64,000 nt of DNA from contig CAWHSA010000004.1 of NCBI GenBank assembly GCA_963831855.1, positions 194,475 to 258,474 on the forward strand, in the 5' to 3' direction. The stretch is from an uncultured Bacteroidales bacterium. Its GTDB lineage: Bacteria; Bacteroidota; Bacteroidia; Bacteroidales; VadinHA17. Numbering within the stretch: the stretch's first letter is position 1; each line of letters begins with the position of its first letter. The position numbers were made by a program, and so were the translations under genes. Positions 18,779 through 28,459 of this stretch are shown in pieces. Under the pieces are notes generated by a model, which was not told the origin of the DNA, searched no databases, and saw nothing but the letters and a program-made list of their open reading frames with translations.

Positions 18779-19503
18779 TGTGCTTCTCTGTAAATGTTAA
18801 TCTTGTCAAGGAAGAGCTTGAAGACAGATATGGCGCTAATTTCCCCGATAAATACCGCTATGAACCAAGCTATTATTATCATGCTTTCGGATTACCCGAG
18901 ATACCTGCGATTTGTTCTTCTGATCCGAAAAAAGTCAGCCTTCTGAAATGGGGATTAATTCCTTCCTGGGTAAAAACGCCTGGGGAGGCTGATGAAATCA
19001 GATTCAGAACATTTAATGCAAGATCTGAAACAATCGGGACAAAACCTTCATTTTCTTATTCCTTTAAATCTAAAAGGTGTATAATCCCGGTAAAAGGTTT
19101 CTTTGAATGGCAGCATGTTGGCAGCAGGAAGATACCCTGGTATATTTACAGCCAGGAAAACGATATCTTTTCAATAGCAGGATTATACAGTGAATGGCGG
19201 CACACTGAAACCGGAGAAGCAATTACTACCTTTTCAATAATCACAACTGAAGCCAACACTCTTATGGCTGAGGTGCATAATTCAAAGAAAAGAATGCCTG
19301 CCATACTTCCTGTAAAGGATGAAATGAAATGGATTGATTTGTCCTTACAAGCAGATGAAGCGGCAGAAATTCTCAAACCCTGTCCCGATGGCTTGTTAAA
19401 AGCCCACACAATTGGTCCGCTGGTAAATGAACGATCTGCCAACCGGAATACTCCCGAAGTAATAAAACCATATAACTACAATTCAGACAGCTCATTATTC
19501 TGA
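18778..19503 (+). CDS. SOS response-associated peptidase (SRAP/YedK family, abasic-site DNA-protein crosslink enzyme)
   Basis: 241 aa starting MC (Cys2 nucleophile). Also has WGLIPSW, ARSET and the HNSKKRMPAIL motif typical of SRAP proteins. Confidence 0.85.
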   Translation: MCFSVNVNLVKEELEDRYGANFPDKYRYEPSYYYHAFGLPEIPAICSSDPKKVSLLKWGLIPSWVKTPGEADEIRFRTFNARSETIGTKPSFSYSFKSKRCIIPVKGFFEWQHVGSRKIPWYIYSQENDIFSIAGLYSEWRHTETGEAITTFSIITTEANTLMAEVHNSKKRMPAILPVKDEMKWIDLSLQADEAAEILKPCPDGLLKAHTIGPLVNERSANRNTPEVIKPYNYNSDSSLF

Positions 19504-19562
19504 GCATCTCTTCTTCAGGTTGTCTGTAACCTGTAGCCTTTAGCGTGTCGTCTGTCTCTTTT

Positions 19563-20309
19563 CTATTGCGCAACAAACTCATAAGTGAGCGTTCCTGTCT
19601 GAATTTTGGGTGAGTTGATATCTGGAGCAAACCGGGAGATCAGGGCACTCTTTATTGCCGTCTCAGTGAGGCATGGATCACTGGTGGAACTTATTTCCCC
19701 GATGACTTTTGCTTCCTCAACCTCTCCTTCCTGATTCACACGGATCTCCAGGACAACCTTACCCGATCCCTGGCATTTATAAATCGGAATCGGAAGATAT
19801 GTATGGTTGCGCCCTGCAAGGTCATAATAGATCCTGGTCGGTCCCTGATAATTAGCTTCCATCTTACGGGATTCCTTCAGTTTGTCTTCTGGGACTGTTT
19901 TCGTGTTGTCAACGAATTCAACTTTTTCATCCCCTGCTGACGTCTTAAGTCTCTTCTGTTCATCGATATAGTTGTCAGGTCCCAGTTTACCGGCATTAAT
20001 GAGCTCTTCCTTTACCTTGTCAATGTAATCGGCAGGATCGATTTTCTCCTCACTTTTATTTGCCAGGTTCCTGGCAATATTCAGAAGTTCTTCATCGCCC
20101 TGGAGAATTCTCTCTATACTCGAACCAGGGAGCTCAAGTTGCCCCTGAGTGATTTCAGGCGCTGCTATCTGTTCAATTTCAACTTTAAATTCCTTCGTCA
20201 GTTCTTCATTAAGGGAATGCATTTTGAAGCCCACAAAAATAATAGCTGCCACAAGATGAAATATCAGTGTCCCGAGTATACCGACAAGCTTGCTGCTATT
20301 ATTCTTCAT
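19563..20309 (-). CDS. TonB-family protein (N-terminal anchor, C-terminal TonB_C-like domain)
   Basis: 248 aa with a single N-terminal TM, a charged linker and a C-terminal segment GSGKVVLEIRVNQEGEVEEAKVI...FAP resembling the TonB C-terminal domain. Confidence 0.55.
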   Translation of the reverse strand: MKNNSSKLVGILGTLIFHLVAAIIFVGFKMHSLNEELTKEFKVEIEQIAAPEITQGQLELPGSSIERILQGDEELLNIARNLANKSEEKIDPADYIDKVKEELINAGKLGPDNYIDEQKRLKTSAGDEKVEFVDNTKTVPEDKLKESRKMEANYQGPTRIYYDLAGRNHTYLPIPIYKCQGSGKVVLEIRVNQEGEVEEAKVIGEISSTSDPCLTETAIKSALISRFAPDINSPKIQTGTLTYEFVAQ

Positions 20310-20335
20310 CCGTGCGGAATATTATATTTTGGTTA

Positions 20336-21058
20336 TTAGCCGCCGGTATTCTTCTTTTTCTTCTTTAAGACCTTTGCCGGTTCCGGTTTCTTAAATGTGT
20401 GGTTTTTCAGAAGACCTTTTTTAACTCCGGAAATAAATTTTGCCCATGCAAAAGGATTCAGGAGGTTATTTACCGGATACTGGCCGCGGGTAGACATTGC
20501 ACTGAAGTTTTGTTGCATTGCCAGCCTGTATCCTGCTTCAGCGGTTATCTGTACACCGGTCTGGTTTTGAACGGCTACATAAATTGAAGCTATATTTTCA
20601 TTCATGTTTTCAATTACCGGATTAACAGGCCGTTCTTTTGCCATGTCTTTTATGAAATCGTTGTAGTTTTTCCATGGCAGGATAGTAACCTCCGGAATAT
20701 TAACAGTGTCAGTTTCAAGGATTATATCGACTGTACAGTGCCTGTCTCCATAATTTTCAGGAATTATAGTATGATATCTTTTAAATCCCAGCGCTCTGAA
20801 AAAGACTGTATCCCCCGGGGAAGTTGTTATTGAATAAATACCGGTTCTTTCGCTTTCCGTTGCCCGGCGAAGCTTTTTTGAAATAACCGCAACTCCCCCG
20901 ACAGGCCTGTACAGATTGTCTGTAATTATACCGCTCAACTGAATGAACCTTTCGGAACCCTCGACCTGACTTTTAACCGGAAAAAGCGGTATAATGATAA
21001 AAACCAATATATATAATAGTTTCTTCAAATATTGTATTAATGCACATTTTAGTATCAA
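20336..21058 (-). CDS. CarboxypepD_reg-like domain protein, secreted
   Basis: 240 aa with a signal peptide. The segment LSGIITDNLYRPVGGVAV...GIYSITTSPGDTVFFRALGFK is typical of the carboxypeptidase regulatory-like fold common in Bacteroidota. Confidence 0.5.
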   Translation of the reverse strand: MILKCALIQYLKKLLYILVFIIIPLFPVKSQVEGSERFIQLSGIITDNLYRPVGGVAVISKKLRRATESERTGIYSITTSPGDTVFFRALGFKRYHTIIPENYGDRHCTVDIILETDTVNIPEVTILPWKNYNDFIKDMAKERPVNPVIENMNENIASIYVAVQNQTGVQITAEAGYRLAMQQNFSAMSTRGQYPVNNLLNPFAWAKFISGVKKGLLKNHTFKKPEPAKVLKKKKKNTGG

Positions 21059-21152
21059 ACAATCTGTGGTTGCAAAGTAAACATAAAACGCGGTAACGTT
21101 AAAAAATTTAACTAAAATTTAAGTAATTTCACCGTTTCACAAATTATCCGGA

Positions 21153-22766
21153 ATGAAGCAACCTCTATTAGGCGATGAGGCAATCGCCCAGGCGGCAATT
21201 GATGCGGGATTAAGTGGTATGTACGCTTACCCGGGGACTCCTTCGACTGAGATTATGGAGTATATCCAGTCTTCGGGATTTGCTGCCGAAAGGAATATTC
21301 ACAGGGAATGGTCCGCAAATGAAAAGACGGCTGTGGAAGCGGCTCTTGGAATGTCATATGCAGGCAAAAGGGCTATGGCTGCCATGAAGCATGTGGGATT
21401 GAATGTTGCTGCTGACGGTTTCATTAATTCAGCAATTACAGGAGTGAATGGAGGATTAGTGGTTGTTTCAGCTGATGATCCCTCTATGCATTCATCACAG
21501 AATGAACAGGATTCAAGGTTCTACGCTAAATTTGCACTGGTACCGTGTTTTGAGCCTTCGGACCAGCAGGAAGCCTATAATATGGTATTCGATGCATTTG
21601 AATTGTCGGAGAAATACAGAACTCCTGTTATGATCCGTATTACAACAAGGCTGGCTCACTCCCGTGCGAATGTTGAACTTATTGAAAGACAGACTCCCCA
21701 GAAGAAACTGGTACTTCCTGCCGACCCGCTTCAGTTTGTTCTTCTTCCGGGATTAGCAAGAAAAAAATACAAAGCCCTGTTATCCTCTTTTGAATCAATG
21801 AAATATGATATAAGGATTGGAAAATACAATTCATTCTCCGATAATAAGAAACGCGACCTCGGAATTATTACCTGCGGGATAGCATATAATTACCTGGTTG
21901 AAAACCTTGGACCCGGGCTGAATGATCACCCTGTACTTAAAATTGCTGCTTATCCTTTTCCGGATGATCTGATCAGGGAGATTACAAGCCGCTGCAGGGA
22001 AATACTGGTCCTTGAGGAGGGGTTTCCTTTAATTGAAGAGAGCCTGAGGGGATATACAGATTCCGGAAAAAAAATCCACGGACGGCTTGACGGTACTCTT
22101 CCACGCGATGGTGAACTGAATCCGGCTCTTGTGGCCAAAGCCCTGGGTATGCCGGTAAGTCCAGTCCGGAAGATTCCTCAAGTGGTAAAGATGCGACCCC
22201 CTTCCTTTTGCAAGGGTTGCGGACATGCCGATATGTTTAACGCTCTGATTGAAGCTGTTAGTCCATACGGTCCAGGTCATGTTTTTTCAGATATAGGTTG
22301 TTATACCCTGGGAGCTCTCCCGCCGTATAATGCTATCAGTTCCTGCGTCGACATGGGAGCTTCGATCACTATGTCAATAGGAGCCTCAGATGCGGGTCTC
22401 TTCCCGTCAGTTGCTGTTATCGGTGATTCGACTTTCACCCATTCAGGTATGACCGGACTTCTCGATGCTGTCTCCAAAAATTCACCTGTTACTATTATAA
22501 TATCTGATAACTCTACGACCGGAATGACAGGAGGGCAGAAATCTCAGGCAACAGGCAGGATCGGGCAGATATGCTCTGGAATTGGAGTCCAGGCTGGTCA
22601 TATCAGGGTCATCGTCCCTCTCCGGAAAAATCATGAAGAAAATGTATGTATTATAAAGGAGGAGCTTGCTTTTAAAGGGGTTTCAGTTATAGTAGCATCG
22701 CGTGAGTGCATTCAGACTGCCACCAGGAAGAAGAAAAGCGTGGCATCCGGAGATCAAAAAATCTGA
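21153..22766 (+). CDS. iorA: Indolepyruvate:ferredoxin oxidoreductase alpha subunit (TPP-dependent)
   Basis: 537 aa. Has the N-terminal GDEAIAQAAIDAG..YPGTPSTEI motif and a TPP-binding region (GDSTFTHSG). It is followed by an iorB-like gene 6 nt downstream. Confidence 0.8.
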   Translation: MKQPLLGDEAIAQAAIDAGLSGMYAYPGTPSTEIMEYIQSSGFAAERNIHREWSANEKTAVEAALGMSYAGKRAMAAMKHVGLNVAADGFINSAITGVNGGLVVVSADDPSMHSSQNEQDSRFYAKFALVPCFEPSDQQEAYNMVFDAFELSEKYRTPVMIRITTRLAHSRANVELIERQTPQKKLVLPADPLQFVLLPGLARKKYKALLSSFESMKYDIRIGKYNSFSDNKKRDLGIITCGIAYNYLVENLGPGLNDHPVLKIAAYPFPDDLIREITSRCREILVLEEGFPLIEESLRGYTDSGKKIHGRLDGTLPRDGELNPALVAKALGMPVSPVRKIPQVVKMRPPSFCKGCGHADMFNALIEAVSPYGPGHVFSDIGCYTLGALPPYNAISSCVDMGASITMSIGASDAGLFPSVAVIGDSTFTHSGMTGLLDAVSKNSPVTIIISDNSTTGMTGGQKSQATGRIGQICSGIGVQAGHIRVIVPLRKNHEENVCIIKEELAFKGVSVIVASRECIQTATRKKKSVASGDQKI

Positions 22767-22772
22767 AACTTT

Positions 22773-23348
22773 ATGAAGAATGACATTATTATTTCAGGAG
22801 TGGGAGGACAGGGTATCCTTACCATTGCGGCGGCAATAGGACTGGCTGCTATAGAATATAACTTATATTTTAAGCAGTCAGAAGTACATGGGATGAGCCA
22901 GAGGGGCGGAGATGTCCAGTCCCATTTCCGTTTTTCCGACACGCCTGTTTCATCTGACCTGATTCCAATTGGTAAAGCTGACCTGATAATTTCCGTTGAG
23001 CCAATGGAATCACTTCGCTATCTGCCGTGGCTGTCAGATTCAGGGTGGTTGGTAACAAGTTTAAATCCTTTTATAAATATACCAGATTATCCGCCTGTGG
23101 ATGAGATACTTACCGAGATAAAACAAATCAAAAACCATGTACTGGTCGATGCTGATGCTTTAGCCAGGCAAGCCGGTTCTGTACGTTCAGGTAACATGGT
23201 CGTTCTCGGAGCAGCATCACCATTCATTGACATGCCTTTCCCGGGCATCAGAAAAGCAGTAATAAAGCTTTTTGAGAAAAAAGGTCCGGAAATGGTGGAA
23301 TTAAACCTTAAAGCCCTCGAGGCAGGCAGAAATCATTCGGGGAGATAG
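22773..23348 (+). CDS. iorB: Indolepyruvate:ferredoxin oxidoreductase beta subunit
   Basis: 191 aa with the ISGVGGQGILT motif of the 2-oxoacid:ferredoxin oxidoreductase gamma-like domain. Paired with iorA. Confidence 0.8.
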   Translation: MKNDIIISGVGGQGILTIAAAIGLAAIEYNLYFKQSEVHGMSQRGGDVQSHFRFSDTPVSSDLIPIGKADLIISVEPMESLRYLPWLSDSGWLVTSLNPFINIPDYPPVDEILTEIKQIKNHVLVDADALARQAGSVRSGNMVVLGAASPFIDMPFPGIRKAVIKLFEKKGPEMVELNLKALEAGRNHSGR

Positions 23349-23389
23349 CTGAATGCTTAGGTGACTTTTCTGATCAGACCATTCAGGTT

Positions 23390-24379
23390 TCAGAATTTAA
23401 ACGATGCGTTCAGATAAATCATATCCGTCGGATTAATTGAATTAGAATGGGGAAAGATTCCCTGGTAATCAAGAGCAGCCTTAACGTTTGGATTGAAGGT
23501 ATACTGAACTCCCCCAATTAAAAATCTCCCGTCTTTCATAATATTCCAGGGGACCTGTTCCCCGGGAACGATTACAGATGTTGAATAATCAAATCGCGAG
23601 AAGATCTGTGTTTTCTCAGAAAGATTGTATCCTCCTGTAGCCGATATTCCCCACGAATGATGACCCCTGATGAGATCTAAATTGGATTTATAACTCACTT
23701 CTCCTCCTATGGTGATCAGATCATTTTTAAATCCGATAAAAGTAATAAGCATAGGTTGCCATAATCCATCTTTTTTCTGTATATCACCGAACAATCTTAT
23801 TGCTATGGTTTTTGAGGGTGTTATAGTAAGCCCCAGAGATGTCCGGATATTGTTGTCAACCTGAAGGTCATTATAGCCCTCTCCGTTCGTAACTATCAGA
23901 TCACCCTGAAATATTTCATTAAACTTGTATGAGGCAGAAAGTCCAAGATCTGCCACGAAACCATAACCGTTGAGCGATTGATAGGTATTGGCTACATACC
24001 GTTTACCCCAGAATAATTGCTGGAATTCATAAAGCTTTGTGTTTATGATCCCCATAGAAACTGTCAGTCTTTCATCAGACCAGTCAATGGAGGCTTCACG
24101 AAAAAATGCATACCGGTGATGAACTGAACCCGCGGTCAGATCATCGGGGGAACCGACATTGAAAACAACTCTGGCATAAAATTTTCCTTCCGGCATAAAC
24201 TGGTAGCCGAAGTAAGCCCGGTTCAAAGCGAAGCCAGATGTCTTTGATGTATCATCAATATTTAGATGGAAATCAGTGAATATTTCTATAACAGGCTTTC
24301 CCTCGAATTTCCCGTTTTGTCCCGATGTTACCTTTGCCAATAAAAAAAAGATGATAAGGGGAAGTAAAAGCTTTCTCAT
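23390..24379 (-). CDS. Outer-membrane beta-barrel (porin-like) protein
   Basis: 329 aa with a signal peptide, alternating beta-strand pattern, and aromatic girdle residues with a terminal Phe (NASFKF). Confidence 0.55.
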   Translation of the reverse strand: MRKLLLPLIIFFLLAKVTSGQNGKFEGKPVIEIFTDFHLNIDDTSKTSGFALNRAYFGYQFMPEGKFYARVVFNVGSPDDLTAGSVHHRYAFFREASIDWSDERLTVSMGIINTKLYEFQQLFWGKRYVANTYQSLNGYGFVADLGLSASYKFNEIFQGDLIVTNGEGYNDLQVDNNIRTSLGLTITPSKTIAIRLFGDIQKKDGLWQPMLITFIGFKNDLITIGGEVSYKSNLDLIRGHHSWGISATGGYNLSEKTQIFSRFDYSTSVIVPGEQVPWNIMKDGRFLIGGVQYTFNPNVKAALDYQGIFPHSNSINPTDMIYLNASFKF

Positions 24380-24551
24380 TACCGGCAGTTAATATTAGAC
24401 AGGTTATCTTTAAAAGTGACAAAAATATGATTATTATTCTGACATGGTATTTAAAAGTTATTTATTTTATTCAGACATTTGAAAACTTTTTAATCACTTT
24501 TGGAGGATCATTTTCTATTAACCCGAATAATTATAAATCAATTTATTTCTT

Positions 24552-26876
24552 ATGAAACGTTCACTTCTTTTACTCATTCTGGTAAGCAGTTTTATACCTC
24601 TTTCCGGGCAGAAAGCCAATTTTATGGCAGCTGAAAAATTCAGGGGCGATAACCTTACGCCGAAGTATGGTGATCTGTCAGTTAATGCGACCTGGATAGA
24701 AGAGTCGGATATTTTCTGGTATACTTTCAAGACTTCATCTGGCAAAAATTTCTGGTATGTTAATGCAGCTTTAAAAACTAAGCTGCCTCTTTTTGACAGC
24801 CGCTGGATGGCATCTGAGTTGAAAATGCTGACGCATCACCCTTATAATGAGCTTGATCTTCCTGTTTCGGATATTAAATTTGAAAAGAAAAGTACAACGA
24901 AACTGACCTTTGTTGTTGACTCTGTTAAATTTCTATATGATCTCACAGCCCGGAAACTTTCCATACGTGATACTGTCCGGAAAGATAAAAAGCCCTCCTG
25001 GCCATCATATTCACCCGACAGTGTATGGATGGCATATGCAAAGAATCATAACCTTTTTCTGATGAAGGCTAAAGATAAGGATAGTGTGGAGTACCAGCTT
25101 ACAATAGACGGAGAGCGTTATTACAGTTTCGCTGCAAATACAGAGGATACTACAAGAAACAAAAAGAGAAGGGTCAATGTCGATTGGTTTAAAAACTCAA
25201 AAAAGCTTTATGTTGTAAGAGAAGATGAACGGAAAGTCAAGGATCTGTTTGTAATAGACGTACTTGCGCAGCCGCGTCCAACACTCCAGACTTACAGGTA
25301 TTCTATGCCGGGGGAAAAATTTGTGCCTCAGCCGGAACTTGTAATTTTTGATGTTGGTACAAAAGACCGGGTCAATGTTGATCTTAAAAAATGGACCGAC
25401 CAGACAATAAGTGTTGAGTGGAGTTCCCAGAAATCTGCCGATAAGCTTATGGTAATAAGGAAGGACCGGCCTCTTAAGAACATTGATGTTTGCATGGTAA
25501 ATGCCGGAACAGGAGCCGTCTCAGTTCTGTTCAGCGAGGAAACATGGCCTTACTTTAATAATGAATATTCCCGGCTGAGGGTACTTAATGAGGGTAATGA
25601 TATAATTTGGTGGTCGGAACGGACAGGATGGGGACAGCTGTATCTTTATGACGGGAATGGAAACCTGAAGAATCGCATCACTGACGGATACTTTGTGACG
25701 GGAAGGGTAGAACGATTAGATACACTGGGACGGAATGTATATTTCGAAGCTTTTGGAAAAGAAAACGGAGTACATCCTTATTACAGCCTTAAGTACAAAG
25801 CATCAATCGATAAAGGAGGAATGACGCTCATAACAAAGGAGCCGGCAAATCATTCTTTTTCCATGTCGAAATCCAACAAGTATTTTGTTGATAATTTTTC
25901 AAGGGTTGATATGGCACCGGTTTGTGTGCTTCGCGATAATATGGGAAATATATTGATGAACCTTGAAAAGCCCGATCTCTCACAGCTTTACCAGACAGGA
26001 TGGAAGATGCCTGAAACATTTGTTATCAAGTCAAAAGATGGTGTTACGGACCTCTATGGGGTTATTTATAAACCATTTGATCTTGATACTACAAAAAAAT
26101 ACCCGGTTATTTCCTATGTCTATCCCGGTCCTCAGACTGAATCGGTCCCTTACGCATTTACTGTTACCGGAGGGAAGAATGTCGCACTTGCCCAGCTTGG
26201 TTTTATAGTTGTCAATTTTGGCCACAAAGGTGGAAGTCCAATGAGAAATAATTATTATCATACATACGGATACAACGACCTGAGGGATTATCCGCTGGCT
26301 GATGACAAGTACGGAATTGAACAGCTGGCGGACCAGTACAAATTCATCGATATATCCCGTGTTGGCATTTACGGTCATTCAGGGGGAGGCTTTATGTCGA
26401 CAGCTGCTATACTTACCTATCCTGATTTTTATGATGTTGCTGTTTCATCTTCGGGAAATCATGATAATAATATTTATAACCAGTGGTGGGGTGAAACCCA
26501 TAACGGAGTGAAAGAGGCTGAGAAAAAAACTACGGGAAAAGGATCCGGGAAAGATACCCTTACCAGGCATTTAGAAGACGTAAAAACATTTGTTGACGGG
26601 GTTGAAAAGAATCAGGATATCGCAAAGAACCTAAAGGGACATTTGCTGCTGGTAACCGGAGATGTTGATGATAACGTTCACCCTGGCAACACTCTGAGAG
26701 TTGTTGACGCCCTTATCAAGGCAAACAAAAGATTTGATTTCATGGTGCTTCCGGGACAACGACATGCATATGGCAATGAAACAGCCTATTTCGACAGGAT
26801 AATGTGGTACTATTTTGCTGAACATTTGCTGGGTGATTACAGAACCAACATTGATCTCACAGATTTTAGCAAGTAA
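24552..26876 (+). CDS. Dipeptidyl peptidase IV-type serine peptidase (S9B family)
   Basis: 774 aa with a signal peptide, a beta-propeller-like N-terminal two thirds, and a C-terminal alpha/beta hydrolase domain. Has the nucleophile motif GHSGGG and downstream Asp/His motifs (GDVDDNV, QRHAY). Confidence 0.85.
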   Translation: MKRSLLLLILVSSFIPLSGQKANFMAAEKFRGDNLTPKYGDLSVNATWIEESDIFWYTFKTSSGKNFWYVNAALKTKLPLFDSRWMASELKMLTHHPYNELDLPVSDIKFEKKSTTKLTFVVDSVKFLYDLTARKLSIRDTVRKDKKPSWPSYSPDSVWMAYAKNHNLFLMKAKDKDSVEYQLTIDGERYYSFAANTEDTTRNKKRRVNVDWFKNSKKLYVVREDERKVKDLFVIDVLAQPRPTLQTYRYSMPGEKFVPQPELVIFDVGTKDRVNVDLKKWTDQTISVEWSSQKSADKLMVIRKDRPLKNIDVCMVNAGTGAVSVLFSEETWPYFNNEYSRLRVLNEGNDIIWWSERTGWGQLYLYDGNGNLKNRITDGYFVTGRVERLDTLGRNVYFEAFGKENGVHPYYSLKYKASIDKGGMTLITKEPANHSFSMSKSNKYFVDNFSRVDMAPVCVLRDNMGNILMNLEKPDLSQLYQTGWKMPETFVIKSKDGVTDLYGVIYKPFDLDTTKKYPVISYVYPGPQTESVPYAFTVTGGKNVALAQLGFIVVNFGHKGGSPMRNNYYHTYGYNDLRDYPLADDKYGIEQLADQYKFIDISRVGIYGHSGGGFMSTAAILTYPDFYDVAVSSSGNHDNNIYNQWWGETHNGVKEAEKKTTGKGSGKDTLTRHLEDVKTFVDGVEKNQDIAKNLKGHLLLVTGDVDDNVHPGNTLRVVDALIKANKRFDFMVLPGQRHAYGNETAYFDRIMWYYFAEHLLGDYRTNIDLTDFSK

Positions 26877-26929
26877 TTTCAAAGGATTTTTATCTATTTT
26901 TGCGGATTCAATAATTTTAATTAAAAATA

Positions 26930-27442
26930 ATGATCAGGGATATCATGAAACTTATACTTATTATATTCTTTTCAATTTCCTGTACACTGGTTTCCTGTCA
27001 GGAGACAAAGAAACTTTATGATCCGGCTCTTGATGGAATGAAACAGATCAGCGAATCTGTTGCTGTTGCAAAATCATCTGGCAAGCACATCCTGATCCAG
27101 TACGGCGGGAATTGGTGCAGCTGGTGTATTAAGTTCAACACTTTCAGCAAGGCTGATCCGGAAATATCAAAGCTGATATCAGATAATTATATCCCGTTAA
27201 AGCTCAATTACAGCCCGGAAAATTATAATTTCGAGGCAAACGTATACCTTGAAAATCCGGCACGGTTCGGTTTCCCGGTATTTATAATTCTTGATGGTCA
27301 GGGCAAAGTCCTGCATATACAGGACAGCGCCCTTCTTGAAGAGGGGGAGGGTTACAGTCAGAAAAAAGTTGCCGGATTCCTTCAGAATTGGACTGCCCGG
27401 GCAATTATTCCAAAAAAACCAAAAGAACAGGCTGCAAAATAA
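26930..27442 (+). CDS. Thioredoxin-fold protein, secreted
   Basis: 170 aa with a signal peptide and the redox motif WCSWC (CxxC) in a thioredoxin-like context. Confidence 0.65.
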   Translation: MIRDIMKLILIIFFSISCTLVSCQETKKLYDPALDGMKQISESVAVAKSSGKHILIQYGGNWCSWCIKFNTFSKADPEISKLISDNYIPLKLNYSPENYNFEANVYLENPARFGFPVFIILDGQGKVLHIQDSALLEEGEGYSQKKVAGFLQNWTARAIIPKKPKEQAAK

Positions 27443-27446
27443 AATA

Positions 27447-27476
27447 AGAGGCTGTCAAAAGTGGCAGCCTCTTTTC
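27447..27476. terminator. Bidirectional intrinsic terminator hairpin
   Basis: The perfect 8-bp inverted repeat AGAGGCTG...CAGCCTCT is followed by a T-run and preceded by an A-run. It lies between convergent genes. Confidence 0.5.
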
Positions 27477-27502
27477 TACGGAAATGCAGCGAAGGAAATA
27501 TG

Positions 27503-27859
27503 CTATTCTTCCTTTGCCTTCTCCTTCGACGACCTTAGCAGGACAAGATCACTAAGGACAATCTCGGTAATGTTCTTTGTAACACCCTTTTTGTCCTCAT
27601 AGTTCCTGTAAACTATTCTTCCTTCTACTGCTACCTCTCTGCCTTTCTTCAGAAATTTGGAAGCAGTTTCTGCCAGGCCGTTCCATGCTACAATATTGTG
27701 CCAGGTGGTTTCATCCACTTTCTGGCCATCGGTTGTTTTATACCCGTCTTTTGTAGCGAGTGTGAAATGGACTACTTTTTTCCCGCTTTCAAGCGTTTTC
27801 AATTCAGGATCCTGGCCAAGGTTGCCAATCAGGTTGACTCTGTTTCTTAATGAGTTCAT
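27503..27859 (-). CDS. ssb: Single-stranded DNA-binding protein, short form without acidic C-terminal tip
   Basis: 118-aa OB-fold with NRVNLIGNLGQDPE and TWHNIVAW motifs. It ends KEKAKEE rather than the canonical D-D-D-I-P-F-type tail. Confidence 0.8.
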   Translation of the reverse strand: MNSLRNRVNLIGNLGQDPELKTLESGKKVVHFTLATKDGYKTTDGQKVDETTWHNIVAWNGLAETASKFLKKGREVAVEGRIVYRNYEDKKGVTKNITEIVLSDLVLLRSSKEKAKEE

Positions 27860-27973
27860 GACTTTAAGTTTTAGTGAGACATAATTTTAAATTACATGTC
27901 AAACTTACACTCAATCGCAAATCTGATCCGGTTTTTAGTCGCTTATACACGTTAGTCAATCATTTATAGTCGT

Positions 27974-28390
27974 TTGTATCCGTTTGAAAACGTTTTATTG
28001 TATCTTTATCAAAACTTTAGTGCTGTGGAAAAGAAATGTCTCGATTGCGGCGAAACTATTCATGGCCGTACCGATAAAAAATTCTGTTCTGATCAGTGCA
28101 GGAATAATTATAATAACAGGCTCAACCGTGATACTAATAATTTCGTACGTAATGTTCACGGATTGCTGAGAAAGAACAGAAGAATACTCGCCGATCTGTA
28201 TGATGACGGTAAAGTTAAAATCCACAAAGACGCTTTATTTGCCCTGGGATATAATTTCACCTTTTTTACACATATTATAGAATCTTCCGGAGGGAAGAAG
28301 TTCTATTATTGTTTTGAATATGGTTATAGCGAGACCGGGAATGATTTCCTGGAACTGAAACAGAACAGCCGGTACCTTGACTATCAGTAA
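27974..28390 (+). CDS. Zinc-ribbon protein of unknown function
   Basis: The CLDCGETIHGRTDKKFCSDQCRNNYNN motif gives a C-x2-C...C-x3-C arrangement. The start is uncertain: the TTG at 27974 is the longest-ORF start, and an in-frame GTG just before EKKCLDC is possible. Confidence 0.5.
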   Translation: MYPFENVLLYLYQNFSAVEKKCLDCGETIHGRTDKKFCSDQCRNNYNNRLNRDTNNFVRNVHGLLRKNRRILADLYDDGKVKIHKDALFALGYNFTFFTHIIESSGGKKFYYCFEYGYSETGNDFLELKQNSRYLDYQ

Positions 28391-28425
28391 AAACGGGAAC
28401 CTTTGTCGCGGGTTCCCGTTTTTTA
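28390..28425. terminator. Intrinsic terminator hairpin
   Basis: The perfect 10-bp inverted repeat AACGGGAACC...GGTTCCCGTT is followed by TTTT. It starts at the stop codon of the zinc-ribbon gene and lies between convergent genes. Confidence 0.6.
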
Positions 28426-28459
28426 GAATCATGACGAGACTATTATTTCTCCATGATGC

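Noticed and set aside
21153-23348. IorAB as a dedicated ferredoxin-reducing partner of the Ehr-like complex
   Set aside because: It lies 13 kb away and is separated by about 14 unrelated genes on both strands. Nothing in the sequence links them. IorA lacking a C-terminal 2x[4Fe-4S] domain seems to be the normal short form.
23349-23389. Inverted repeat ctgaatg...cattcag after iorB as a terminator
   Set aside because: The arms are only 7 bp with a ~25-nt loop and no T-tract, which is too weak to call.
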